Virus record (IMG/VR): IMGVR_UViG_3300045538_000426 | Location: 1 to 64,000 of that record | Reading direction: 5' to 3' (one strand) | DNA from: a virus | DNA: 64,000 nt | Shown here: in pieces, positions 35,871 through 46,544 of the stretch | How the letters are laid out: each line of letters starts with the position of its first letter | Position numbering within the stretch: the first letter of the stretch is position 1 | Notes under the pieces: generated by a model | What the model was told of the DNA's origin: nothing | Database searches by the model: none | The model's input: the letters and a program-made list of their open reading frames with translations, nothing else | Translations under genes and position numbers: made by a program

Positions 35871-36560
35871 ATGGAAATACAACTTCTAAAGAACGAATAT
35901 TTTGACGATGATTCTAAGTTGCCTAAACATGCCACGGAACGGGCAACCGGTTTCGACATAAAAGCAATCTCCGATCCGGAAATCATAGGAACGAAAGCCG
36001 CAACTTCTGACACTCTCTGGGATTCCATAGATTACATTCAGTATCGGACTGGAATTTTCATAGCAACTCAAGACGAACGGAAATACGATGCTATGTCTTG
36101 TGTTTCAATAAAATCATACGACGTATTGATATGCCCAAGGTCATCTGTGTCAAAATACAATTTGACCTTGGCAAACTCGGTGGGATTGATAGACGCTGAT
36201 TATAGGGGAGAAATTCTTCTTCGATTCAAGTATAACTGGCAGCCAATGGATTTTATTTACGTTCCGACAGCGGACGGCAACGTCACTGCTATAAGTTCGA
36301 GAATCGTTGGAAAACCTAATTTAGACAAGATTTACAAAAAAGGAGATGCCATAGGACAATTGAAAATCACGGTTAACGAACCGGTGAAGTTCAAATTGGT
36401 AGATCAGTTGGATGTCACCGAGCGGAATGATGGTGGATTTGGAAGTACCGATGTCCGTGTAACCTTACCGTCGGTCATAACCGACCTATATCAAAAAGAC
36501 AACATTTCACCGACGCCCAAGAAATACATAGATTTGATTAAAGAAAGAGATTCTAAATAA
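35871..36560 (+). CDS. dut: trimeric dUTPase
   Basis: ATGFDI, PRSS, NSVGLIDADYRGEI, AIGQL, RNDGGFGST (motifs 1-5). Confidence 0.92.
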   Translation: MEIQLLKNEYFDDDSKLPKHATERATGFDIKAISDPEIIGTKAATSDTLWDSIDYIQYRTGIFIATQDERKYDAMSCVSIKSYDVLICPRSSVSKYNLTLANSVGLIDADYRGEILLRFKYNWQPMDFIYVPTADGNVTAISSRIVGKPNLDKIYKKGDAIGQLKITVNEPVKFKLVDQLDVTERNDGGFGSTDVRVTLPSVITDLYQKDNISPTPKKYIDLIKERDSK

Positions 36561-36561
36561 T

Positions 36562-37887
36562 ATGACAAAACCGGTTTGCATTCTACAGTCCCCATTATTC
36601 ACTCGCTCAGGCTACGGAGAGTGGTCAATGGCCATGGCAAAGTCGTTACTTCGTTATGATAAATTTGACTTGAAAATAGTCCCTACTCGATGGGGCGGCT
36701 GTCCGTCAAAGTCTTCCTTTAAAGATATCACCGACCCGATGGAACAGGAACTGTTCAACAGAATCCTCCGTCAACCGCTGGGAGCTCAACCGGATGTATT
36801 CATTCAGATGACCATTCCAAGTGAGTTTCAATCCCCCGCTAAGTTTAACATCGGAATGACTGCGGGAATAGAGACGACAGTTCCTCCCGGAGATTGGATC
36901 GAGGGAATGAATCGAATGTCCGTAAACTTCGTTCTGTCTGATTTCGTTAAGAAAGTTTTTTCACAAGCATCGTTTGTCAAACAACATCCAGATGGAAAGA
37001 AAGAAGATTTGAAACTGAGAAAGCCAATCGAGGTCGTTCGGTGGGGAGCTGATACTTCGATATACAAAAGAACGTCTGAAAAAAATGAAGCGGTTGATTT
37101 AGCATTGTCGGGAGTGAAAGAAAACTTCTGTTTCTTGTTCGTAGGTCAGTGGACTCATAGTAATGGGTTATATAGTGACCGTAAGGATATTGGAATGTTA
37201 ATCAAGACGTTCTGTGAGGCTTTCGCTGGCGTCAAAGATAAGCCAGCGCTGATTCTGAAGACAAGTGGTGTTTCTTTTTCAAATGTCGATAAAGCAGACT
37301 GTTTGAATCGGATTAATAAAATCAAACAGTCGGTTGGTGGGGATTTGCCTAACGTATATCTTCTCCACGGTGAGTTGAGTGATGTAGAGATGAATGCTCT
37401 GTTCAATCACGAGAAGGTAAAAACTCACATTAGCTTCACTCACGGTGAGGGATATGGACATCCACTATTGTTGGCCGGTCTAAGCGGTAAACCGGTAATG
37501 GCGTCGGATTGGAGTGGACATTTGGATTTCCTAAATTCTGAGAATTCATATCCAATCAAAGGTGAATTGAAACAAGTGAGGGGAGATTCCGCCAATCAGT
37601 GGATTATGAAGGAATCCGCTTGGTTTAACGTTAATTATGAAAAGGCAAAGGAGAAATTACGTGGAATGGTGACAAACTACGATTCTCTGACCGAGAAGTC
37701 TATTCTCGGATGTGTAGGACTGGCCGAGAAGTTTAGCACGTCAATGATAGACAAACAGTTTCATGGTATGCTTGATAAGTATGTCCCAGAGTTTCCGACC
37801 GAGCAGAAGATAGTTTTGCCTAAGTTGAAAAAATTGGAATTGCCGTCACTGAAGAAGGTAGAGCTTCCGACACTAAAGAAGGTATAA
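36562..37887 (+). CDS. GT-B (GT4-like) glycosyltransferase
   Basis: TRSGYG, FLFVGQW...RKDIG.LIKTF, THGEGYGHPLL...SGKPV..SDWSGHLDFL; C-terminal LPxLKK repeats. Confidence 0.88.
   Translation: MTKPVCILQSPLFTRSGYGEWSMAMAKSLLRYDKFDLKIVPTRWGGCPSKSSFKDITDPMEQELFNRILRQPLGAQPDVFIQMTIPSEFQSPAKFNIGMTAGIETTVPPGDWIEGMNRMSVNFVLSDFVKKVFSQASFVKQHPDGKKEDLKLRKPIEVVRWGADTSIYKRTSEKNEAVDLALSGVKENFCFLFVGQWTHSNGLYSDRKDIGMLIKTFCEAFAGVKDKPALILKTSGVSFSNVDKADCLNRINKIKQSVGGDLPNVYLLHGELSDVEMNALFNHEKVKTHISFTHGEGYGHPLLLAGLSGKPVMASDWSGHLDFLNSENSYPIKGELKQVRGDSANQWIMKESAWFNVNYEKAKEKLRGMVTNYDSLTEKSILGCVGLAEKFSTSMIDKQFHGMLDKYVPEFPTEQKIVLPKLKKLELPSLKKVELPTLKKV
37816..37884 (+). repeat. three tandem LP[KST]LKK[LV] peptide repeats at a GT C-terminus
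   Basis: LPKLKKL-E-LPSLKKV-E-LPTLKKV, 24-nt period. Confidence 0.8.
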
Positions 37888-38573
37888 TGTCAACCGTTCC
37901 AAAAATAAGCTATCTCGTTACTTGTAAAAATGAAGGAAAGCAACTTTCCGAATTGGTCGAGTATCTTGCAGAATTTTCGTTGCCAGTCCACGACGAAATA
38001 GTTATCATAGACGACTATTCCACCGAAGTACAGACGTGTAAATATTTGACCGATTGGGATTGGTTCGAAAAGGGAAACATAAACATCCATAAACATGAGT
38101 TAAACAAAAACTACTCTGAACACAAGAATTATGGAAAATCAAAATGTTCCGGTGATTGGATATTTCAAATAGACGCGGATGAGATGCCGGCTGAGACTCT
38201 CATGACTAACCTACATGAGATATTATCTTCCAATGAGAACGTAGAATTGTTTTGGGTTCCCCGTATAAATGTATTTAATGGTGTTACAGCGGAACATGCA
38301 GCGCAGTGGGGATGGGATATAAATAACCCTAACAAGTGGGTGAATTGGAACAGCGGAGATTACCAGGGAAGAATTTTCAAGAATCTCCCACATCTTCGAT
38401 GGGAACGCCCTCTTCACGAACGGATAGAGGGATATAAAGTTTCTTCCAAATTCCCAAAGGAAGAGGAATTCGCGTTAATTCATACCAAAACGATAGAAAA
38501 ACAAATCCAAACTAACATTAGATACAACACGGATTTCAGTGAGGCCATGAATAGAGGACATAAGATACCGTGA
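37887..38573 (+). CDS. GT2 family glycosyltransferase
   Basis: ISYLVTCKNE, EIVIIDDYS, WIFQIDADE, DYQGRIF, PLHERI. Confidence 0.88.
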   Translation: MSTVPKISYLVTCKNEGKQLSELVEYLAEFSLPVHDEIVIIDDYSTEVQTCKYLTDWDWFEKGNINIHKHELNKNYSEHKNYGKSKCSGDWIFQIDADEMPAETLMTNLHEILSSNENVELFWVPRINVFNGVTAEHAAQWGWDINNPNKWVNWNSGDYQGRIFKNLPHLRWERPLHERIEGYKVSSKFPKEEEFALIHTKTIEKQIQTNIRYNTDFSEAMNRGHKIP

Positions 38574-39040
38574 ATGAGAAGCGAATTAAATACCTCCGTT
38601 ACATTCGGAATCACGTAGTATCCGTTCAAAAGAGTTTAAATTCATTTGCTTCTGAACTAATAGAACGTGGACGAATCCACGACGCATCGAAGTTTTCTGA
38701 CCCTGAATTATCGGGGTTCGCAGAAAATGTCGATAATGCATCTGACATCGTCTATGGAAGCGATGAACACAGTAAGAAGATGAATGAGATGCGGGTCATC
38801 ATCGACATTCATCATACAAATAATCGTCATCACCCCGAGCACTGGGGAGACGGTGTGAACGAAATGACTTTGTTGGATATACTTGAGATGCTTGCTGATT
38901 GGAAAACCGCATCAGCACAGTATAAAGACGGTGATTTGCTCAAATCCGTTGAGATAAATTGTAAGAAATATAAAGTAGACGACCAACTTAAACGGATTAT
39001 ACTTAACACGATAAGCGACCACATGAACGATTCCAAGTGA
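38570..39040 (+). CDS. HD-like metal-dependent hydrolase (DUF5662-like)
   Basis: H..SV...RGRIHDASKF...HHTNNRHHPEHW...MTLLDILEMLADW. Confidence 0.65.
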   Translation: MNEKRIKYLRYIRNHVVSVQKSLNSFASELIERGRIHDASKFSDPELSGFAENVDNASDIVYGSDEHSKKMNEMRVIIDIHHTNNRHHPEHWGDGVNEMTLLDILEMLADWKTASAQYKDGDLLKSVEINCKKYKVDDQLKRIILNTISDHMNDSK

Positions 39041-39783
39041 AAACTTTGATATATACAACAGCGGTAGATTCTGATACATCGAAGTTCAAAAATTCTTTGT
39101 ATAGCCAGTATTGTATATTGAGCTGGGAGAAGTGGTGTAATAAAAATGGAATCGACTTTCTTGTTATACGAGACAATGACCCTAGATATAAGTTTCCTGT
39201 ATGGAACAAGGATAGGATTTTCGAACTCGTTGGAAATACATATGAAAAGATAGGATATGTCGACTCCGATACAATTGTTAGGTGGGATTGTCCAAATCCA
39301 TTCGATTTGTATACTGACGAATTCTGTGGAGTGAAGGAGATAAGTTCATTGAGATGGATATATAACTCAATTTCAACTTACGGTCATTTCTATCCAAACG
39401 TAACACTTTCACTGGATGAATATATAAACAGCGGCGTGGTTTTCTTTACCAGAGATCATAAATATATTTATGATGAATTGATTGAATTGTATGTGAAGAA
39501 TCAATCTGAATTGGATACTATAAAAGGGGTCGGTAAGGTACAAACTCTCCTAAATCTTTCGCTTAAAAAGAACCGTGTCAAACAGAAGTATTTCGATGAT
39601 AGGTGGAACCTATTTTCCATTCATAAGAAAAACATGTTCGTTCATAACTGGCAATTAAATGAGGATAAGACTCCTTTCTTTGTAAAATACGCCTACGTCT
39701 GGCATTTCACTGGGTTTCCAATTGAAAGTCGGACTGATGTCATGAAGAATGTATGGGAGTCGGTAAAGCATCTATATGAATAA
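39037..39783 (+). CDS. GT-A glycosyltransferase (GT8/GT34-like)
   Basis: SWEKWC, YVDSDTIV DxD motif, YINSGVVF, WHFTG. Confidence 0.78.
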   Translation: MKTLIYTTAVDSDTSKFKNSLYSQYCILSWEKWCNKNGIDFLVIRDNDPRYKFPVWNKDRIFELVGNTYEKIGYVDSDTIVRWDCPNPFDLYTDEFCGVKEISSLRWIYNSISTYGHFYPNVTLSLDEYINSGVVFFTRDHKYIYDELIELYVKNQSELDTIKGVGKVQTLLNLSLKKNRVKQKYFDDRWNLFSIHKKNMFVHNWQLNEDKTPFFVKYAYVWHFTGFPIESRTDVMKNVWESVKHLYE

Positions 39784-40531
39784 CATAGTATTCATCATAA
39801 ACGTGAAGAAGGATGGCCAATCGAAGCCAGAGTATGACTTTTCTATAAAGAGTTGGAAGCACTTTTGTCAGTCAAATGGACATGAATTGTTTGTCTTAGA
39901 CACCCCAATCGTAGAACAGTCGGAAATGGGAATCATCTGGCAGAGATACTTTCTGTTTGATTTGTTGGATCACAATCAGATAAAATACAATCAGATATTG
40001 ATAGTTGACGCTGACACCATAGTTCACCCGAATTGTCCGGACATATTTTCATTAACTGATAATAAATACACCCTCGTTCGGGATGACGGTGATTACGATT
40101 GGATTCTGCGGTCAATGGAAAACTACAGAAAGTTCATCTTTAAGGATGAACCGATGTTCGATTGGTGGACGTATTATAATAGTGGATTTCAAGTTGTGAA
40201 TGGAACTCACCGTAATTTTTTTGATACGATGCGTAACTTCTACATATCAAATAGAGAGGAAATAAAATGGTGTCAGAAAACTTTTGGAGTGGGAACTGAT
40301 CAGACCCCACTGAACTTTTTATTGCGACGGGAGAAGATTGAAATAAAGGAACTGTCATATAAATACAATTGTGTTTGTCTTAACAAGAAAGAGGTGTTAG
40401 ACTCCGACATGTTACATACAAAAGTAGCGAATGTAATGCATTTCAATGGGTTGCCGGATAAAGATAAGAGTGTGCCTTATTGGATGGAGACGACATATAA
40501 GAATCTGTATGAGAATAGGGATAATAGGTAG
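39776..40531 (+). CDS. GT-A glycosyltransferase (GT8/GT34-like), tandem paralog
   Basis: SWKHFC, IVDADTIV, YYNSGFQV, DQTPLNF, MHFNG. Confidence 0.8.
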   Translation: MNNIVFIINVKKDGQSKPEYDFSIKSWKHFCQSNGHELFVLDTPIVEQSEMGIIWQRYFLFDLLDHNQIKYNQILIVDADTIVHPNCPDIFSLTDNKYTLVRDDGDYDWILRSMENYRKFIFKDEPMFDWWTYYNSGFQVVNGTHRNFFDTMRNFYISNREEIKWCQKTFGVGTDQTPLNFLLRREKIEIKELSYKYNCVCLNKKEVLDSDMLHTKVANVMHFNGLPDKDKSVPYWMETTYKNLYENRDNR

Positions 40532-42314
40532 AGGATACTTCGGAACGAAGATTTATGAGGTGGTAAAGGACAGTCATGAGATTGTGTTTTTTACTGGTCG
40601 TGACATGATGGTTAGTTACGATGTAGATTGGGTGATAATCGCCAGCAGCACCCCTTCACATGGAGAGTTGGTCAAAACTTTCCTTTTTAAAGGAATAAAC
40701 GTTTTCTGTGAAAAGCCACTGACTTCAAATTTCAGCGAATCGCTGATTCTGATGGAACTCGCCGATAGGCTCGGTGTGAAGTTATACATCGACGATGTTT
40801 TTCTTTTCAACTCCGAATATATAAGACGAAAAGATGAATTCCGCGACTCAAATTCTTTGGTTTTTTCGTGGAACAAATTCGGATCATTTGGCGATAACAT
40901 AGTAAATAACCTCGTTTACCACGACATTTATTTGTTATTGGATATATTAGGCCCTCAGCGAATATCTAATTTTTCCACTGCCCGGAATAGAATAAACGAA
41001 AAGCAATATGGTTTTATATTTGGCAACGTTCCGGTTTACTTGTCATATGACAGACTCTCACAAGGAGCGGCCAGAAAAACTATAACGTCTTTGGATTTCG
41101 CTTCATCAACTTCGTCTGAGATAAACCTTTCTTCGCCCGAAAACAATCCCCTACGTGATATGATGGAACGGGTTCTGAACGGTGGTGTGGATTTCAAACA
41201 GAACACGGAACGTCACCGTGAAGTCGAACGCATACTACAATGTCATTTTAAAAATAACAAACCAAGAGTAGCTATCGTAGGCGCTGGTGTCTTCGGTGTA
41301 AGTGCTGCGATGGAACTAAAGGACGACTTCTCTCCGACTATCTTTGAGTCGGAGATGGACATTTTAACCAAAGCGAGTTCGATAAATCAGTATAGGATTC
41401 ATCGGGGATACCATTACCCACGGAGCGCGGACACCGCTTTCGCATCAAAGAGTGGAAATGATTCTTTTCAAAAGACATTTGACTGTAAATCGAATTTAGA
41501 AGTCAAGAGTTATTATTGTATCGCAAAGGATGGTTCGAGGACATCCGTGGGTGATTATGTGTCTTTTTTGGAAAAGACAGGATTGGAATTTGAAGTCACT
41601 GACAACGACAGACTAAAATCGGAAAATTTGGGCATTATTTTGAAGGTGGATGAAAAATTGTTTGACCCGACGAAACTGAAAACTGACGTGTGGAAGAAAA
41701 TAGAAGAACATGGTTTATCGGTTATATTGGGGCGACGATTTGAACGGACGATGGTTTATGAATACGATTACGTCGTCAATTGTTCTTACGCAAATATAAA
41801 TCATATCCTATCTGACAGCCAACGGTTTGATTGTCAATTTGAATTGTGTGAAAAACCAGTGGTCAAACTACCTGACTCATATAAGAACATGAGCGTGGTC
41901 ATTATGGATGGTCCATTTATGTGCATCGACCCGTTTGGTTCAACGGGATATCATGTGATGGGCAATGTAGTTCATGCTATACACGCCACCAATGTCGGAA
42001 AGTTTCCAGAAATACCTAAAAAATACGTTCCCCATATGAACATCGGAGTCGTTCCGGCGGACAAGTTGAAGGATGTTACTAACGTGGATAGGTTCGTCAA
42101 GTCAGCCTCTGTCTTTTTTAAAGATATGGATGCTATGGAACACATAGGATCGATGTTCACGGTCAGAACCGTGTTGCCTGAGAGGGACCATGATGATGCA
42201 CGTCCTAGCTTTATTAAACAACACAATGATAAGGTATACTCGGTCTTTTCTGGAAAAATAACTTCCTGTGTCGATTGTGCTAAAAATTTGAAAGAAATGT
42301 TGTTAAAATCTTAA
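40509..42314 (+). CDS. fusion of a Gfo/Idh/MocA NAD oxidoreductase and a FAD-dependent oxidoreductase
   Basis: MRIGIIGRGYFG...FCEKP (N-terminal) and VAIVGAGVFG...SSINQYRIHRGYHYPRS...MDGPF (C-terminal). Confidence 0.85.
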   Translation: MRIGIIGRGYFGTKIYEVVKDSHEIVFFTGRDMMVSYDVDWVIIASSTPSHGELVKTFLFKGINVFCEKPLTSNFSESLILMELADRLGVKLYIDDVFLFNSEYIRRKDEFRDSNSLVFSWNKFGSFGDNIVNNLVYHDIYLLLDILGPQRISNFSTARNRINEKQYGFIFGNVPVYLSYDRLSQGAARKTITSLDFASSTSSEINLSSPENNPLRDMMERVLNGGVDFKQNTERHREVERILQCHFKNNKPRVAIVGAGVFGVSAAMELKDDFSPTIFESEMDILTKASSINQYRIHRGYHYPRSADTAFASKSGNDSFQKTFDCKSNLEVKSYYCIAKDGSRTSVGDYVSFLEKTGLEFEVTDNDRLKSENLGIILKVDEKLFDPTKLKTDVWKKIEEHGLSVILGRRFERTMVYEYDYVVNCSYANINHILSDSQRFDCQFELCEKPVVKLPDSYKNMSVVIMDGPFMCIDPFGSTGYHVMGNVVHAIHATNVGKFPEIPKKYVPHMNIGVVPADKLKDVTNVDRFVKSASVFFKDMDAMEHIGSMFTVRTVLPERDHDDARPSFIKQHNDKVYSVFSGKITSCVDCAKNLKEMLLKS

Positions 42315-42317
42315 AAT

Positions 42318-42887
42318 ATGGAACTAAACGAATTGCTTGCTCTGGTACCGGATAAATCCAAAGACCGAACCACTACCTCACATCGGTTTAAAACCGATCT
42401 GTATAATTTCTTCAAGAAACCTGAATTTGAAGATAAGACGTGCCTTGAGATAGGTTGTAAGAGTGGATACACCACTATCTTCTTGACGTGTGTATTTAAA
42501 TTGGTCTATGGAATAAATTACGATACCGTTGTTGCCCCTGATAATTTTTTGAAGTCACATGGGAGATCGAATTACGAGTTGTTTGCACAAGATGTCTACA
42601 AGCTCGGGCTGCCGGTTAAATCAGCAGACGTTATTTTCGTGGACGCGGTTCATACATACGATGCGGTTATCATGGATGTATCAAACTCATTAAAATTGAC
42701 TTCTTCTGGTAAGAAATATTTTGTGTTTGATGATATAGGATTGTACCCAGAGGTAAAATCGGCTGTTGATGTTCTTATAGGAAATAACATATTGAAAATG
42801 GAGACTAAAATAGGATATAGTCCATTTGAAACGGGATTTGTAGGATTCCTCAACGATTATGAGGGAGTCATTTGTTCCGAAGTATGA
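42318..42887 (+). CDS. class I SAM-dependent methyltransferase
   Basis: CLEIGCKSGYTT, DVIFVDAVHTY, FVFDD. Confidence 0.85.
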   Translation: MELNELLALVPDKSKDRTTTSHRFKTDLYNFFKKPEFEDKTCLEIGCKSGYTTIFLTCVFKLVYGINYDTVVAPDNFLKSHGRSNYELFAQDVYKLGLPVKSADVIFVDAVHTYDAVIMDVSNSLKLTSSGKKYFVFDDIGLYPEVKSAVDVLIGNNILKMETKIGYSPFETGFVGFLNDYEGVICSEV

Positions 42888-43900
42888 AGATACATATAGC
42901 GGAAATAAACAAACACAGAAACGAGACTACGTTTAGACCCTATCTAGCGGCAGCCGATGAGTTGGCGCGGCACGGTATTCAGTTCGTTAATGACGAATCC
43001 GAAGCGGACGTTGTGTTTGTCGGACAAGCGTCAATTATAGATAAGAAGAAGTCATTGGAGGAATCTGCTCGAAACGGACTTGCGTTTCTGAAAAACATAA
43101 ATCGACCGTTCGTGGTGTTCGATGGACAAGATTCTTCTAGTTTGATAGGAACGTGGGATGTATGTAAAAACTATTCTGGTTTGAAGTTAGTAAAAAACGT
43201 CATCTTGAATTCTACAGAGGACTATAAGAACAAATATGAAAACGGACGATGGTTTTGGGGAAAATCGGAATGTGGTAACGGTGGATATGGAATAGATGAT
43301 GTAGAATCTCTGAAAGACTCGTTAATTTTAAGTGGAGTTAATTGGTTAAATACATACGGAAATGGATTTTCATTTAACGGCGTCAATAAACAGAAGAAAT
43401 ACGACGTTGCGATAATGATAGGAATATCACCTGAGAATCACGAACATGGGATCAGAACGGATGACCTTTATAACGAATCTCGAAAAAACCTATTTGGTGC
43501 GGCTAAGGACTTAAAGTGTCGGGTGGTTACGACTGAGAAGACCGGTAAGTTGAACAGAAACGAATATTTGGATGTATTACACAACAGCAAATTTTGTATC
43601 TCTCCATTTGGCTACGGTGAGGTTAACATACGTGAGATAGAAGCTCTCATGACGGGAACGGTAATAATTAAGCCGTCAATTTCAAATGTAATGACGAAAC
43701 CTTGGATTTACGGTGATGGAATGTCATTGACTTGTAAACCTGATTATTCGGATTTGGCTGAGATGGTGGAGACTTATTTGCCGGATTACTATAACTTTGC
43801 CGAGGGAATGTTGTATGAACAACACAAGAGGTTTCAAATGGACGCATCCAATGAGGCTGTGGCGGAACACTTAATTGTAAAAGTTCTTTCTAATCTATGA
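42884..43900 (+). CDS. glycosyltransferase-like protein (GT-B/exostosin-like C-terminal motif)
   Basis: SKFCISPFGYGEVNIREIEALMTGTVIIKP. Confidence 0.7.
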   Translation: MKIHIAEINKHRNETTFRPYLAAADELARHGIQFVNDESEADVVFVGQASIIDKKKSLEESARNGLAFLKNINRPFVVFDGQDSSSLIGTWDVCKNYSGLKLVKNVILNSTEDYKNKYENGRWFWGKSECGNGGYGIDDVESLKDSLILSGVNWLNTYGNGFSFNGVNKQKKYDVAIMIGISPENHEHGIRTDDLYNESRKNLFGAAKDLKCRVVTTEKTGKLNRNEYLDVLHNSKFCISPFGYGEVNIREIEALMTGTVIIKPSISNVMTKPWIYGDGMSLTCKPDYSDLAEMVETYLPDYYNFAEGMLYEQHKRFQMDASNEAVAEHLIVKVLSNL

Positions 43901-44892
43901 AAGTAATTAACAAATTTTCTATAGGAACACATGTGATGTTCTATGAAATCGAGATGTTCTCGGATTTCATCGACGGAATGATTAATTTAATGGAGTCGGT
44001 AGATAACAAGGAGAACATCCACATTGATATAGCATTCAATGTTTCACAGTTCTTTGAGAAGATTGATGCTTCTAAGATAGACAAGCGTGGTTTGATAGAG
44101 AAGTTCGAGTCACAATTGTGCCGACTTATTCCATATGTCGATCCTACTACTTTATATTCCAGAATAATTGACGACGACTTGAGTTTTTATACACAAACTG
44201 ATTATCGTAGAGAATACAATTCAAAGTTTTGTAAGATGGTGGACTTTGTCATGTGGGGAGAAACTGATAGTTTTTTTCCAAAACAAGCATTTCAAGCACT
44301 TGATGTTCTTTCCGACTATGCTCGTGAGAACGGGGTAAATCGTTACGTTGCATGCTTTGCCGACCGCAAAATGTGGGATTCTAGTTGGGATGCTACCGTC
44401 CATCCAAAATATCTTAATCATGTATTTGTGGAATCTGATTTTGAGAATGTAAATCAAGCAAAATCGAAAATGTCGGTCGCTGACATGAATAATGTAAACG
44501 ATGACAGTGGTCCGATTGAACTAGCCCACATCAATTATCCAAAGATTGACGGATCGTGTTTGGTTATGAGCAGTGACTTCTTACGTTCCGGTATAAACAT
44601 ACCACCGTGTTTTATTCACAATGACGATGAGAGTCTATCGTTGGTCGCCAAACAGATGATGGGAGATGGTTACTGCCAATTCATTTTTAAGAATATATTG
44701 AAAGTTCACGCTAGGAGACACCCGAACAAGAGAACCTACGTCTCAAATGAAGACAACCCAAATGGATTCTGTAACGAGAAAAAGGGTGAGTGGTGGAGTC
44801 GGTTCATAAAAATGTCCCAGTATAACATTGGTATATTAATAAAGAACCAGGGAAAGTTTTTAACCTTTGAAGATTTCAAAAATAACACATGA
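43897..44892 (+). CDS. putative GT-A-like glycosyltransferase
   Basis: DYRREYN...DFVMWGETDSFF...HNDDES; locus context. Confidence 0.45.
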   Translation: MKVINKFSIGTHVMFYEIEMFSDFIDGMINLMESVDNKENIHIDIAFNVSQFFEKIDASKIDKRGLIEKFESQLCRLIPYVDPTTLYSRIIDDDLSFYTQTDYRREYNSKFCKMVDFVMWGETDSFFPKQAFQALDVLSDYARENGVNRYVACFADRKMWDSSWDATVHPKYLNHVFVESDFENVNQAKSKMSVADMNNVNDDSGPIELAHINYPKIDGSCLVMSSDFLRSGINIPPCFIHNDDESLSLVAKQMMGDGYCQFIFKNILKVHARRHPNKRTYVSNEDNPNGFCNEKKGEWWSRFIKMSQYNIGILIKNQGKFLTFEDFKNNT

Positions 44893-45566
44893 ATGATCTA
44901 AATGTTGTAATATGTATCGACGATGTTCATCCACAAAAAGAATGGATGATACGGGGCGACAAAACCGAGGCTTATCTAAATTCTCTCAATGAAGAATTTG
45001 GTGCTAAGTTTAGTTTATTCATTCCGTCATATTATCATTCACTTACCGCGATAAGTTTGAATAAGGAATGGATTCAATGGCTTAATCACCGAGGTTATTT
45101 TGAACTCTGTGCACATGGTCACTACCACGATTGTAAGAATAAAATGTTGGGTGAACAGGAATTCTTGGAATTGGATTATGCTGATGCGAAAGACAGAGTG
45201 GAACTTATTCTCAGTGAGTGGGACAAAGTGGGTCTTACGCCAAGGGGATTCCGTATGCCGGGCTGGGGATGTTCACAGGGTAGCGCCGAAGCCGTCGGTG
45301 AATCATTTGACTTTGTAGCGGCGCACCGTGACATAAATTTCAACATAAATTTTCCCACGAAGACTTTTTATGGATGTAATGGTATCCACGAAAATTCTGA
45401 GATAAACATACAGAAAGGAAATCTCGTGGTATTTCAGTCTCATATTTGTGGTGACTGGAATAAGAATACTTGGACTGATTCTACATACGAAAACTTCAGA
45501 CTTGTCCTTGACTATATCAAAAACGAGTATACAGTTAACTTTACCACGTTCGAAAAATTGTTGTGA
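44889..45566 (+). CDS. polysaccharide deacetylase (CE4/NodB-like)
   Basis: ICIDDVHP, ELCAHGHYH, RGFRMPGW. Confidence 0.8.
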   Translation: MNDLNVVICIDDVHPQKEWMIRGDKTEAYLNSLNEEFGAKFSLFIPSYYHSLTAISLNKEWIQWLNHRGYFELCAHGHYHDCKNKMLGEQEFLELDYADAKDRVELILSEWDKVGLTPRGFRMPGWGCSQGSAEAVGESFDFVAAHRDINFNINFPTKTFYGCNGIHENSEINIQKGNLVVFQSHICGDWNKNTWTDSTYENFRLVLDYIKNEYTVNFTTFEKLL

Positions 45567-46495
45567 ATATAGCGTTTGTCACAGAGATGGGTTTTGTTGG
45601 AAAAATTCCCCGAGAGCACCTTAACATGCGAGTCGAATTCGCGTGGATGTGTGCGCTTGGTGCTGACCACTATCCCCACAACGTAACTCCACATAAAAAG
45701 TATGACATGATTGTGGTTATCCTTCCAAAAAAGGGATTGGATGTGTGGATTGAGTCAGAGGTGTTGCAGAACTTACGAGGTCACTGTTCGAAGCTCGCGA
45801 TAATGCAAGAGGGGCCACATTGGTATTTTCAAGATTACGATGTAAGGGCGCAGTTTTGGTTTCACTCGGCCATGTCTTCGGTAGACGTTATTTTCGTCCA
45901 TAACCAATTGGACAAGAAATATTATAGTGGAATTTTGGAAAATCAGACGATTCATGTTTTGCCGTCACTTATGATAGAGGATTCGGTTAGGAATTTCACA
46001 GTAGATGGTAGAGACGGAGTTATGGTGGGTGGGAATTTCTGTCAGTGGTATGGGGGATTTGATTCTTATATTGTAGCCCGTCAACAAACTGGACCGATAC
46101 GATGTCCGAGCATGGGAAGAAAACAACCACAAGAAGATTCTATACCAGATATTCAATATCTTCCATACCTGACGTGGTCAGCTTGGGTAATGGAGTTGTC
46201 TAACAGTAAAATCGGAGTTCACCTCATGCGAACACATGCGGCTGGAACATTCGCTTTGAACTGTGCGTATCTTGGAATACCGTGTATAGGATACGCTGGA
46301 TTGGATACACAAGAGACGTGTCACCCCGACACGACAGTTGCGTTAGCAGACATACCGACGGCTAAGAAATTGATGCAACGATTGTCGGACCCGGGAGAAT
46401 ACGAAATGTTGGCGAGAAAATCAAGGACATTGTATGAAAAGAACTATAGAGAAACTGTTTTTTTACAATACATGAAAAACATTCTAGGGGAGTAA
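45563..46495 (+). CDS. GT-B-like glycosyltransferase
   Basis: AIMQEGP, GGFDSY, AAGTFALNCAYLGIPCIGY; locus context. Confidence 0.6.
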   Translation: MNIAFVTEMGFVGKIPREHLNMRVEFAWMCALGADHYPHNVTPHKKYDMIVVILPKKGLDVWIESEVLQNLRGHCSKLAIMQEGPHWYFQDYDVRAQFWFHSAMSSVDVIFVHNQLDKKYYSGILENQTIHVLPSLMIEDSVRNFTVDGRDGVMVGGNFCQWYGGFDSYIVARQQTGPIRCPSMGRKQPQEDSIPDIQYLPYLTWSAWVMELSNSKIGVHLMRTHAAGTFALNCAYLGIPCIGYAGLDTQETCHPDTTVALADIPTAKKLMQRLSDPGEYEMLARKSRTLYEKNYRETVFLQYMKNILGE

Positions 46496-46544
46496 ATTAA
46501 AACAAATTCAATGGAAAAAATATAGGTATTTATTTGAGATTACT

